In this document: positions 50,475 to 63,800 of the stretch, piece by piece
Position numbering within the stretch: the stretch's first letter is position 1
Layout of the letters: every line of letters starts with the position of its first letter
Source of the DNA: Yuukianura sp. NJ FZ-2021
Lineage: Eukaryota
Direction of reading: 5' to 3'
Length of the DNA: 64,000 nt
NCBI GenBank assembly: GCA_046563655.1
Contig: CM102290.1
Location: 248,001-312,000 of the forward strand
Translations under genes and position numbers: made by a program
Notes under the pieces: model-generated
Databases searched by the model: none
Told to the model about the DNA's origin: nothing
The model's input: the letters and a program-made list of their open reading frames with translations, nothing else

Positions 50475-53400
50475 TCAACTGAGTCCATAGCAAAGGTGAC
50501 CACAACCGGCGGGACATTCCTTGTGCTCTTTGAACCACCAACGTAGATGTGCATCATGGCCACCATGGCCACACCCTGGACACCACGCTATCAGCCCAGC
50601 CACTTTTTGTCCACAGATGACACATCTTGTGACGGCCTTCTGACATCTATAAATCGAAAAAAACATTTAGTTTTGTAGGGTAATCATAAACAACTTACTT
50701 TATAAGAAGATTCATACTTGTCACAAAAATTTCCAGATCGAGTCCTAAGGTTTTTGCCACAGGTACCACAGGCTATGAGGTACGATGTACTTTCTTGAGA
50801 CAACTGACCAATCACAGAATCGCTTAATTTCACTACCTGTAAGTAAAAGAAAAGTAATCAGCGATAGTTTAAGTTATATTTTAGGTAGCAAAGTTGAACT
50901 AAGATTGTAAAACATTACCAGTGCAGATTGCGAATACAGTCTATGCCTCTGAAGTAAGTCGACGTAGGCCATACACCACGCTTCCAGTTGCCTAATCGGA
51001 ATGTCCAGGCGACACAGAGGTTGTAACACCAACCACACGGAAACAGCAGTTTGAACGTCACCTGTAACCAATTGAAACATTTACAAAAAATATGCCCAGT
51101 ATTCTGTTCATCCTTACTGGGGCCTCGCCTAAGGCCCGTTTAAACGTCTTATTAATTTTTTAGCCTAACCGAGACTTTTTTCCAAAAGTAATACGTTAGA
51201 AAGTTTCAAGGTATGGTGGTGTTTCAATAAAGCAACATTTTGGAAAAATTTAGTTTCTCATGGCTGAGGAAGTTTCACTTCAGAGCCGGACGTACCTAAT
51301 ATCACTTGTCACTTCTCATTAGTATATAATGTAATAGATTTGATTCAGTTCCGTTTTCATAGTCGCTTATCTTTATTTACCTTTGGAGGCATGGTAAAGC
51401 AGCATCTTGGTCAGCGCTCCGGCGAAGTTAAAGTCTGGTAGAGGTTCCATGTGTGTTATTCTTAGTTGGCTTGTTCTGTTCTCAATGGCAACAGTCTCCA
51501 GTGGTTCCTCCATTTCTCGTGGAGAGCAGTCTTCCAAGTGAATTGGTGGGGAAGAACCTTCACGAATTTCATGTCTTGGTTGAAAGGCTTCTGCTGGAAG
51601 AACAGGCCAATCCTGCAACAAAATATAATTGTTAAAACGTTGATACAAAATTGACATCAGTAAGTGGGTTCTACTTCCAACTAACCTGTTGCATGTCATA
51701 GTTGAAGTCATATGTCGGTCCTGGCGACATGAACAGCGTTTGGTTCATGTGTAATCCCGAAGCAATATCAGCCAGCAAATCCTGCTTTTCCGTTTCGGAA
51801 CTAGAGTTGTTCGGATCGTCGTCTGAGAGGTGACCATGGTCATCTTGGTCTTCCTTTGGAGGTGTCGATACTTCAACGGCTTTAGCTGAATCCGGTGTTT
51901 CCTCTACTGTTAGCATTTGACAAAATACTTTGCATACTTCCCACACCAAAGAAACCTGAAAAGAAATAAAAAAAAACATTAATTGGTTAATCAACAATGA
52001 TAATTAATCTAAGCGCATCCAGAACAGAAGCATTCTAATCTGAGCTAATTTCTAAAATTTGATCAGGATGCCCAGCTATGATATGCTTCGGCATAGACAT
52101 CGGGTAACTTTTTGTCGGACTCCAATTTAGTTTTTTTTTTGTAATAAAGGCGTACACTGATAAAAATAAGCAATTACTCACACTTCACACATTCTAATTA
52201 GAGTTAAACCTGTAATTAACCGATTAACGAATAACGTTCATCATTCAGAAAAGTATTAAGGAATCATGGCACATCGAGAGGATTTTCAAAAGCAAATCCA
52301 GCAGGATTGGGCCAATCGAGAGTACATTGAAGTAATTACTGGGTCAATCAAAAGAATAGCCGATTTCCTAAACTCCTTTGGTAAGATTCATTTTCGAGAT
52401 ACAGAACTTATTGAACTCATTACTAATTACTTTTTTAACTCAGACTTGAGCTGCCGTTCACGCCTTGCTACTTTGAATGAAAGACTAACATCGCTGGAAA
52501 GGAAGATAGAATACTTGGAAGCCTGGGTAAGTGTCATGTCGTCCTACCGGAATCCAACTTAACTCTCTTATGAGAATGAATTAACGTTAATGTTAATTTC
52601 CTGTGGTCCTAATTACTTGTCTAACAGATCAGTAAAGGGGAGGCGCTACCTTAGCGGAAGCCTTGGACGAAGAGTAATTGAACATGAATTACCGAACCCT
52701 GCAGAATGCAGAATCCTTGTATGATCAAAGCCTGTGACTACGCCTACTCTTAAGTTCACTTTACGTAATGTAGATCCAGAAATTTCGTACAAGTAACCTC
52801 CACTTTTTGTAAAGATTTCTATGATACAGTTTTACAACAAGTAAAAGAAAGTCATTCTTACCTGGGGAATGTTTAGCTTCAACGCAATCTGGGCATTAGT
52901 TTCGCACATCTCCGGGGCACTTCGGCCATTTAGAACGTACCCTTCGGCACATTCGACGCTGAACTGGTTCAGTTTGAGACTGGACTCGAACGTATAGAAA
53001 TTGCTTTGAGCCAAGTGGAAGTATTCGTCTAATGGAGCCGTTTTGCAACTAAACATTTAACATTTCTGTAACACTCGGAAAACTAACGTTACGGGTAGAA
53101 AACTGTTTGAAAATTACTTGAAAATTTGAAACTTCGTTGTGCCTTCGGACTCGTAGGGAGCAACGGCCTGAGCATGTGCAATTTCTCCGCGTCGTACATT
53201 CAAGGCCAATGCTTGGGGTACTGATCTGGATCCAGGCCTTGACACATCCTTAAAAATGTTTTGCCATACCATGCAATCCTACGAAAAATAACGAGATCAA
53301 TTAGTTACTTCGTTCATGAATGGCAACCAATAACTGTTAGGCTTCTGCACCTTAGAGGTTGATAAAAGTATATGAGGGCTATTCCTCCAAGCAATTCCAG

Positions 53401-54719
53401 TAGCGACATCCCTAAGTATTACGGAACAGAACTGTTAGATTAATCAGACCGTAACTAATTAGTAATTACTTTCAAAGCAAACTATGCATACTTGTGCATC
53501 TCGAACGTAGCAAAAGGTACAAATGGTCTTCGGTAGTCCCATATGCAGACAGAGGAGTCAACGACAAGGGATGTGCTGCCAATATGGTGCTTCCGTTGTG
53601 GTCGCCATTTAATTTTTCCAACGGAAGCAACTGTTTGAATGGTATGATCTAGAGTGGCGACACTGCAAGTATTAAGTTGGAAATTGTAAAGTAATTGATT
53701 ACTTTCCGAACTTTTCAGAGATACTTTCATACTTACTTGCTGATTGTCCAAATCTTGATGGCACGGTCCCTACCTCCGGTGGCCAACACAGAGGAATGTT
53801 CAGGGTGCCAATCGCAACCTGTAACACAAACAGCGATTTGTTTTTAGTTAACGCAATCTCCACACTTTCGTTAAGCTATTGTACTTTGTTCTATCTGCTT
53901 ACTAAAAACTGGGCCATTGTGAGCAGTAAAAGTAAGGAAAGGCCTCTCTCCGCCTTTCCGTAAATCCCATATCTGCACTGAACCATTTTCACTCACAGAA
54001 GTGAACGAAAATCCGTTTTTGGGCACAAATTGGATGTCACGTACACTCTCCGAATTGCTACAAACATATAAATGTTTTCGTATTCTATACAGTTAGTCTT
54101 AATCTTACAGACTAACCATTTAAAAGTTAATTTAGCTTCATGTAATCGGATGTCGAAACACTTTACCGTCCCGTCTTGACTTCCTGACAACAGTAAAGCT
54201 GAATCGCTTGGGTGAAACAGGACCTACGTAAAAATTATAGAGCAACATTGAAGACTTTGTCGTTTAGATAATGCCCAGAATGTGTGAATTACTTTATGAA
54301 CAGTTCTTTGATGATCTGTAAAGACATGTTCTTGTTTGGCCCTAGACACTTTAGAAAGGTTCCATAGCACAACGGCTCCGTTGGTTGCTCCAGTGGCAAT
54401 CAGATTTTCATCAGAGTTGCTCCATACGACATCGTTACAGGAGTAGTTCAGATTAAGATTCTTGCCAACCCGCAAGTTCGCTTTTTCAACAAACCCATCA
54501 TCATCGACGCTTAAGATTTTGAACACTGTAAATTCCAAGCAACAAATGACTACTAAGTAAATTCAATTTGGATTGAAGCTTTAGATTGTTCTTCTTGATC
54601 TCACCATTTCGCCCAGCAACAACAACTTTGGAATAATCTGGGGAAAGTGCTAAAGCATTCGCTGGTCCATCTCCTAAATTGAAGCATGATGATTTCATGC
54701 ATTCTGAGTCGTTTTGCAT
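50475..54719 (-). CDS. WDR24: GATOR2 complex subunit WDR24
   Basis: 14 exons: 54605-54719, 54293-54525, 54117-54223, 53903-54057, 53737-53818, 53492-53662, 53351-53411, 53118-53278, 52862-53048, 51686-51955, 51381-51612, 50919-51061, 50718-50836, 50475-50646 (2,208 nt, 735 aa). Diagnostic motifs: [89 protein letters not shown] and the C-terminal [14 protein letters not shown]...CPAGCGHLC. Confidence 0.95.
52266..52654 (+). CDS. BRK1: BRICK1/HSPC300, SCAR/WAVE regulatory complex subunit, nested antisense in a WDR24 intron
   Basis: Exons 52266-52380, 52444-52526, 52628-52654 give 74 aa: [74 protein letters not shown]. This closely matches the BRK1 consensus [44 protein letters not shown]. Confidence 0.96.
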
Positions 54720-55423
54720 GTCCGTCTTACTCTAAAAAAATCAGTGGTAAAATTCCAATCGTTTTATCATGAAAATCATTTCGTTTAAAGCCGCGACGAT
54801 ACCGAAATCGACTCGGATAAGTTTGTATAAGTGTTCGTGCGTTGTCTCGTCTACTCGTCGCATCTGTCTGCTGTATTAATTCCAGAATCCTTGCATTAAC
54901 TTAGCATTCGCCATCAATATCATCGTTCAGGTACCACAAACTGTAACAAACCCATAGTGAAATTAACATAAGAATATTTAGCGGAACTTCATGCTAAAAG
55001 TAATGCTAAAAGTTACCTTCGTAGTCTCACGTTGAATTTAGTAGATGCTGAGATTTCGGAACTAATTAACGAGTACTGACTGATTCCAGACGCTTGATTA
55101 ATTAATTGGTTACTTAATTAAATTCATTTCCATTAGTGATTCCATTTTGAAAAACAAATGTGTACGAATGTAATTTGAATCGAGAAATTCGCGGGAAATT
55201 GTACTTAAAATTGCGGACGGGATGCCCATATCTGCTTCGGGTGAAGGTAGGTTGTGTGTATTTCTTTGACGTACGCAGTAAATTCAATTTAAAATTTGGA
55301 CCCGTACAAATCGTATTCAGATGACACTTAATTAACATAATTAAAATTACAATTTAATCAATTGTTAGGTTATTTCATTTTCTGACGTTATACCTGGTGG
55401 CTAGTCTAGAAGGTCTGAACACA
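54720..55423. promoter_or_regulatory. Putative bidirectional promoter/5' UTR region between WDR24 and the UPF0547-like gene
   Basis: Divergent start codons ~700 bp apart. E2F-type site TTCGCGGGAAA at 55188, with TTTGAA (CHR-like) elements at ~55147 and ~55174. Confidence 0.5.
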
Positions 55424-56290
55424 ATGGCAGCCAAGCAATGCCCTGGTTGTCGCAAGCAGGTTTGTTTGATTTCAATTAAAAACGTTAAATTTACGTTTTC
55501 ACCATAATATCTTTTGCTCTGTGACCTTTAGGTTCCTGTGGCATGTAAAAAATGTGGTTGTGGCCATACTTTTTTTGCTGCTCGACGACCAGCTGGAAGC
55601 AAAGGAAAGAGGGAAGATACTCAGAAGAAGGAGAAATTACCCATCGTTAAGAATTCAACAGTATCCGCATTAGTTAAACCACCATCCGTTCCGCAAGTAG
55701 ATGAGGATGACGACATTCCATTGTCAACATTGCGCCAGCTAAAGCAGGAGGAGGCTGATCTACCCAGAAGAAGAACTGGAAGAGTTCAGAGAGAAAAGCC
55801 AAACTTTTACGATGCCCTCGAGTATGACAATCAAATGCGTAGGGTAAGGCACCGGAAATACCTTTTTAACCGTAAATGTCTAATTTATTGCAGATCACTA
55901 ATTTCAAGTTCTCAATTGTAGAAACGAGTCGTGAAAGGGAAGCCAAAGCAAGCTGACGAAGGGCCATCCAAGAACACAGGAGTGCCAGTAGATGTTCCAC
56001 AGAAAGAGCCAAAATCAGAGACGAGGTCCGTCCTTGCCGTTGTACCTGTCACGAAGAAGCGGCGAGGTCGACCCCCGCGTCTAACGACTGGCAAAGGCGT
56101 CAAGAATTCCAAGACTGCTGCCCTTCCACTGAACAATCAACCGAAACAGCACAAGGAATCTACTACGCCCTCTTTTGTCGATCTGCATGAGGACATCATG
56201 AAGGGCATCACGCCTGAAAAGGCTCTTCAATGCTCCACAATCCTAGATGACATTAATCGAAAATGGGCCACTGTGAGCTGGAGAATCTGA
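55424..56290 (+). CDS. UPF0547 / C16orf87-like zinc-ribbon protein with AT-hook (238 aa)
   Basis: Exons 55424-55459, 55532-55843, 55922-56290. N-terminal KQCPGCRKQVPVACKKCGCGH zinc ribbon, RRRTGRVQREKPNFYDALEYD, AT-hook KKRRGRPPR and C-terminal EKALQCSTILDDINRK, all matching the UPF0547 family layout as recalled. Confidence 0.85.
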
Positions 56291-56687
56291 GAAGCCCTTA
56301 TTATCCCAATTGAAATTAAGTGCTAAAACGTGTAAAGTTTATATTCCAAAGAATAATGTTACTTCTTCTACTGCTACTTTTTAGCATTTATCTTTTACCA
56401 CTTTAACTAAATGTAAGAGCCGTCATGCCCAAACAATGTTTCCTTTTGATTATGGCAACTTTAGAAGGTAGAATTCCTTCATTATTGTGCATAGGAGCGA
56501 AAATTCTTTATTTTCATAATTAAAAGCCAGAATGAGCCATGCATAGCATTACGCAGTACTTTGTAACGGTAACTTCCTGATTGTAGAAAGTGTATCGAAT
56601 CAATGTTTGTGTCAAAATTTTAGGCTATCAAAACTGCAATAATTGTGCAACGACGCTGCGGTTGAAGTAAGGTTTAGGGTGTGGGTG

Positions 56688-56731
56688 AATCCCCAGTTAG
56701 CATCAATCCCCAGTTAGCATCAATCCCCAGT
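56688..56731. repeat. 17-bp tandem repeat, 2.6 copies
   Basis: AATCCCCAGTTAGCATC twice plus AATCCCCAGT, in the region between the UPF0547-like gene and UBR. Confidence 0.85.
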
Positions 56732-57886
56732 AGCGTACTACCCTTACTGTAGTACCCCTACTACCAAAATCAAGCAACCTAAAGTTTATCTGACCCACAG
56801 GCTATGTTTGGCTAGGTATAAACATGACCAGTCAATTGTCAAACTTCCTGCGACCGATTTGTCTCCGCGGATACAACATAACGCAACATTCATGGGTACA
56901 ATTACTCAGGCTGAAGCTTACTTCAACCAATGCTGCGCAGTGAATTTTACGAGAAACCACTACTGCTGTGGCGAGGGGCACTTTGCGAATTTTTTGCATT
57001 GACCCTCAATGCAATTCCTCCTCTTTTTTGCAATCCTTTCGCCATAACAACGGAGTAAAGTGTAGTGTTATTTGCATACATGGGGATATACATATAGAGC
57101 GGGTGGAAGAAAGTGTGAAATTTTGCTCCCACTCTCCTCTTCCTCTTCTTCTGCATCCCAAGACAGTTCGCGGAGTTTTCGGAAGTCCGGAAGGAAGAAG
57201 AGCAAAATCGGAGAAGTTTAGTCGAGTTAAGTACGACTTAGAAGGAGGTTATTCATTACTGACAAAGGAACTGAAGTGGAGATAACGTTAATGTACTTTA
57301 AGTACTGACAAGTATTCATCGTTGCTTACTAACAAGGTAAGCACATGGAGTAACACCAACTATTAATTCAATCTGGTCCTATTTGTATTGTTGGAGTTGG
57401 AGGCGATTACTTGAGAGATTGTAAATTGCACCTACTGTTTGTAGGTTGTAATTTTCTGCGTAATAATTGAATCAGCACGAAGTGAAGGTTAAAGAGTTGT
57501 CTACTGCTTTGCTGATTTAAATCGGTGAGCGATTTGAGTACAACTGCTATATTTGAAATATATTAGCATGTTCCATTGGTTGACCTTTAACTGATTTGTT
57601 TTGGCTTACAGGTGAAACGGGAAGTGAGACCGGAAGACTGAAACAGAACGATAACAAGTAGCGATTAAACAAGCAAGAAGTTACACAAGTTTTTTATTCA
57701 AGCTGGTGGATGTTCGATTGCCACTGAAGGTGAAACAGCTGTAAATTGCGTGCTATCTCTCCGGTCTGGAAAGGGTGAGCAAGAGTTCATTCACCCTGAA
57801 TAATAGCTACGCATAGTTGTTAACTTCATTAACTTAGGTTTATAATTCAATTAAAGCGTTTTGTGTCGTTCCAGAAATCCCGGTCC

Positions 57887-60800
57887 ATGATGGCTAGCCC
57901 TAAAAACGACGCAGACACATCGGGAAAAGCTAATGCCTCAAATGCAGATGACAAGCCTGCTCAAGAACGTTCTCCTGGAATTGGCTCACATGCAGGATTG
58001 TCTAACTCAGAATCAATTGATCCTCTAGAAGACAGACGAGAAAAGGTCATTGCCAAACTCCTATCACTGTCAGCCAATGGAACATATACCGAATTCAAGA
58101 AAGCGCTAATTGGCTACTTCTGTGAAGTCGTACCGACAATATTCATGCCAAAGGACAATCCCTACGAACTTCTTTCGCCTACATTTGATCAAGACAAGAT
58201 ACAAAAATTCGTTCGGGATCCTCTTCAACATGGACTTCTCGGAGTCAAGACTACTGGTCCAGAATTCTTGAAGGTAAAAACAATATATTATTCTACTTAT
58301 TTCCACACATCGCACTATATTTATATAATTAATTATTATATATAATTACTCTATACTTAACAGGCCATCAAGGAATCCGATGTCCCTAGTGGAAACTGTG
58401 GCAAAATATTCAAGATCGGAGAGTCGACTTACAGTTGCCGAGACTGTGCTGCTGATCCAACTTGTGTCCTTTGCAACGATTGCTTCAACCACTCGGATCA
58501 TAAATATCATCGGTAAACTCGGAATTTAACTTTTGCCTTTTAATCATTCATTCTTGTATAATTTAACAACTAACGTCTATACTTTAGGTATAAAATCTCG
58601 TCATCAAGTGGCGGAGGGTGTTGCGATTGTGGAGACTATGAAGCCTGGCGCAAAGACGTATGCTGTGCTTTGCACAAGAGCAAGAACGGCTATCTTGAAA
58701 GTTGTATTCTGGATCCGAAGACTGAAAAATTGGCGGAATGGATCATTAAGATCATTCTTCGCTATGCCAATGACGTATTATCCAATGACTACGCCATATC
58801 GTTAGAGTCTATTCCCGTGATTCAAGAGTTTGTCCAAGGAACAAACAACGGTGATCAACCTTATGCAGTTATTTTATACAATGACGAAATCCACACTTTT
58901 GAAATCGTGATCCAAACGATTCAAAAAGTGTTGCAAATCGGTCGAAAGCCTTCAGAAGCATTTACAAACAAGATTCACCATGAAGGGAGAGCGGTGCTCA
59001 GGTCAACTAACTTTGAGGTAAGAATCAAGATTGATGACGTAAGTGCATTATATGTTAATTGGATAGCTTAATTAACAGTTGATTGACGTTAATTTATTTT
59101 CTTTGCATTCCAGGAATGTGTGAGATTGAGAGATCTGGTAACGTATGCGACTCGACAAACGTCAGCAAGGCCTCTCCGAGTCCAAATTCAGCAGTCCTTG
59201 CTCGTGGCTCATCAACACTTTGCCGAGTTCCTCATTGTTTGGCTTACATGTTTACTCAATGCATCTTCATCCTACAGATACAAATTTAATCAAGTCGTGT
59301 CAAAGGTAACATCTCTACATCTTAATACTTTCGCAATCTGAGGACCAAATTAAATTATCATATTTGTGACTCATAATTGTTGTTATTGCAGCCGTATTTA
59401 GACGCTTCTGTGACCTTTCTACAAACTTTACTCATCAACGACACCAAACCGTGGAAGAATGTTCGTGAACTGTGGCATCGGCTGATCATCGGAGGAATGT
59501 TCAAAGACAACGACATCAAAAGGGATTTTGCAGTTGTACGTAATTACAACGTTTTGCTTTTTTTTTCTTCTGCGACACTTAATTGGTTTTTTTCCTAGGT
59601 GTTTGGTGACTATTACGATCAATTGATGGCCGACTTCAGTGTGGATGACCATGAACATGCCTACTCCGTTACATCTTTAACCGTACAGATTTTCACTGTA
59701 CCGTCACTTGCACAAGAACTGATGGAACGAGGCTTATTCTCCAGCATCATGAGAACCATTCTATCCGAAGTCGAACCAAGAGTCACACGTAAGCAATTTT
59801 AATCTAACTTTATGATGGGATTTCAAAAGTCTAGGGAAGAGAAACCCCGAAATGGGGCCTTGTGTACTTTTTCTCCATAAGAGGGCACACGGGTTTCTAT
59901 TCCCAAAACTTTTGAAATCCTTAGATTGATTGATTATACTGACGAATTTAAAGCATAACACTTGATTCCAGCCCAGGGAATCATCAACTTTGAGAGGACT
60001 GGACCTGGCTTTCCGCTGAGACGTACTCACTTCGCTTTGGTGGACATCAAGTATCTCCTTACGACTCGCCCGCCGTTGACGATGGTGGATAAACTAAAGA
60101 AGGAGTTTGTGAGCGGATTTGCAGCATTTACAAAGTTGTGTACCTACATTCAGGTAAATCACTCTTAAAATGCTATTGTTGATTCAAAAAATTATAAAAA
60201 TTGTAAAAGTTTATATGCAAACTGGATGTTTTTAATAGGAGAGTGACCCAGTAACTAGAATGCGGATTAACCATGTTGAACGGGATCCAGATTGGGAGAC
60301 GGCCTTCAATATTCACACCAAAGTGGCTCCAGTTATCTCTCTTCTTGGAGAATGGATTGAAACGGATATGGGTCTAACACTAAGTTGTTATCGGTGAGTT
60401 ACTTTTCTACAAAACTGTTATGTTATTGAAGTGTAATGTGTTTTATTAGGAATACTAAGGAAATTTTATGTTTTTTAGAATCGTGGTACGTGAGTTACTT
60501 ACCTTGGAGCAGCGGGTTCAAGTCGGCATGATTGAAGAGAGAGTGGGAGAACATACTGCAATGTGCTACAACTACGATGTCAGCAGACTTCCTGTGTCCA
60601 TTTACCTCTGTTTGACACGATTGTACGCCATCATGTACCTCTGCGTCTACAAACGTGAGATGCAAGATATGGAGGTGCTTACTAGAGGCTTAACATTGCC
60701 ATCGCAACAGTACATCATGGAGGCGCCTTTACGAACTCTAACGCTAGTGGCTCAAGTATAAACTTACCTTATTCTCACTAAAGTACATTGTGTTTTAGTT

Positions 60801-63800
60801 TAAGTTTTACTAACTGAATGTTGTTTGTATTTCAGAGACACGCTGGCATGTGGAAGAGGAATGGCATATCTCTGTTGAATCAGATTTTCTTCTACCAGAA
60901 TGTCCGATGTCGTGGGGACATGCTTGATAAAGATCTGCTTACACTTCAAATCGCTGCAGCACAAATGGACAGTAATGAGTAAGTTGCGGACTTATGCTAA
61001 GCAAGTTTAGTAAGTCGTTGATGTTGATTTTGTTGTTGCATAGATTCCTGATTCGCGTGCTAAACAAAATGGATGGAATTCGGTGGCTCTCTGCATATGA
61101 TTCTAATGAGCCTCCAGTAAGTTAATAATTTCAGCTCAATTTTATACTATGTGAAAAGACTGTTTTAATGTTATGTTTAAACATAACCTAATGAATTGTT
61201 TTGTATAAATTGTTTAGGATGCAGATGATGCGGATAGCTACACTACCACGTTGTTTGAAGAATTCTTGTTGCTGGTAATCTCAATGATCAACGGGCGATA
61301 TCTTCCTGGTGTGGGCGTGGTTACTCCAGAAGATTGTGTCAAAAAGCAAATTATTCAAACCTTGTGCATTGGTGCCATGGCACACTCGGAGTTGAACAAA
61401 TACTTGGAAGAAGATTTGCAGGGAGAAACAGGCATCGAACGGGTCGTCAGATATGTGGCTGACTTGAAGAAGACCCCACTCCGCGATGTGTATGAGCTGC
61501 GACCAGGTATTGAAATTTCTTCTATGACATTATAAAGGAAAAGTGTTGAAATCCAAAGCTTACTTACGATTAGTAATTCTATTATTTCGCTTTTGTGATG
61601 TTTCAGAATACTATGCCGACTATGATGTCTTCTACTATCACTACGCCAGGGACGAAATTCCGAAGGCGGAACAAGCTCAACGTGCAAGAAAACTTGCTGC
61701 AAAAGAACCAGACGTCTTTCCTCCACCGATTTTGCCGCCGTTCCACTTCAATTTTGCTCCAATCATCAACTTACTCAAATGTGACGTCATGATCAAAATC
61801 ATGAGTGCTGTTATTTTTCGGTAAGTTCGTAACTCAAAGTGTTTTGTTGCAAAACTTATGTCAGCCTATTTGATTATCCTTTGATTCTGTTTCATTTTCA
61901 GTTGTACTGATAGACGAGCCTATTACTACTCAGATGTACAACTACGCAGAGTTCTGCATTTGATTGGCTACGGTCTCAATGAAGAACTGGAAAGTAAGAA
62001 GTCAAACCCACAGAAGGTGTTTCTGTTCTCCGAAGCTTTAGCGAAGGCGGACATCCCCAATTTACTTTGTGCTGCACTCACTCACCCCAAAGCTGCTCCT
62101 CACAAGGAAATGATTGCCTGGGTCATTAAAACTTACGAGCACTGTCTGCCAACACCTGAGAAAATTTTGCCAGTTGAAGACGTGCCAGAGGTTAGAATTT
62201 TCAGTTTTTTTTGTAAGCGATTATTATAATTAATGTGTGAATTTATTTAAATCTTTTATTTTTTTCGGTATATAGACTGACGATGCTGAGCTGAGGAAAC
62301 AGCGAGCAGCAGCAGCAAAAGCCCGATCAATGGCTTCAATCTCAACCATGCAAAAGAAGTTTCGAGCAGTGAATGCTGATCTCTTTGAAGAACATGATGA
62401 AGATGAGTGTCAAAATCGTACTGAAGCTGATAAGCCAGTGGAACCAATCTGTTTGGGTCCAAACCGAACAAGTCAATCTTCGACTGAAGGAGAGTAAGTA
62501 AATCTTTTGCTGTGACTTAATCCTTTTCTTTAAGATTTCAGAATTCAAAGAATTAACACCAACTTTGGGTATTTTTTTTATCTAAATACTTGTCTTTAAT
62601 TTTTATGTTTGTTTTTAAGGTTACGATGCATCCTGTGTATGGAAAAACAAGACGGTGCGCCTCTCTTCACTTGTTCTCTCATTCAGCGCTCTGCTGTTCT
62701 TGCCCAAAAGACTGATTACCCGGAATGGACGCTTGAATCGGTGGTAATGTTTCAATACCTTTTTTTTTTATAAAATTCTAACGAATTAACGAGGAACTTT
62801 AATAATGTGAGATTTAACGTGCAGACGTTGACACAAAGTCAGAAAGCATTCGTTGTCAGACCTGACCTTGCCATTGGTATTTTCACCGGCTCTTGCGGAC
62901 ATGTGATGCACCTTAGTTGTTGGAAACAACATCATGCCAATATCGTCGGACGTGAGAGGATGCGTTCTTTCCGTCACTTGGAACTGATTGACACGAATTA
63001 CAACGAGAGTCTCTGTCCCATGTGCGAGGGACTTCACAACGCACTCCTTCCTGTCTACCCACCGATTGAACTTGCTTATGTGGATCCTAACAGTGGCCAC
63101 CCTAGCATAGTCGCCAGAAACTTGGAAGATTGGTTGCGTCTGTTATCCTATACCATCAGAAATGTATGCAAAGAATAACTTTAATGTGAATTTTAACATA
63201 CTGGATTCTGATGAAACGATTCGTGATTCTGTTTTAGGTAACTGTGGATAATAATGGGCAGTATGAGTTGCCAACACTGCCTGAAAAGGAAGCAGAAACG
63301 TTTGGAAAGTTCTACACACCGGATAGCCACGTTATCAGATCTGTTAGTGAGAACAACTCATTGAAACTAGAGCCGGAAGACTTTTTGATGCAGATCGTCC
63401 AGGGTGCCCGAGTGCCCAGAATCCTTTCGAATATCAAACCGATTCCGATTCGAGAAGACGTGAGTACACCTAAAAATTGGTTGACTCATCTGATTCATCT
63501 ACTAATTTATGATTTATTGCTACCAATGGAATTTGCTGGTGTTAATTTCTAGGTTCAAACAAACCATGGTACCTTGATTGCCCTTTGGAACTCAATTGCC
63601 TTTACAATCACATCTTTCGAAATGAGTAACCGCTATCAACAAATCCCATTCTTCGGGGAAGACGTTCCTTCTCGAACGATGTTGACCATGACATACCTTA
63701 CACGTTACGGTGGTGTCGTTGTCAACCCAAAGAATTCTGTCCAGGTCAGTACTAACAGATTTTGCTCAATGGCTATAGTGAAACATAAGATTAAGATTCC

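Noticed and set aside
51115..51300. Imperfect inverted repeats in an enlarged WDR24 intron (snoRNA or MITE)
   Set aside because: Pairing is patchy, and I found no clear TSD or C/D or H/ACA boxes.
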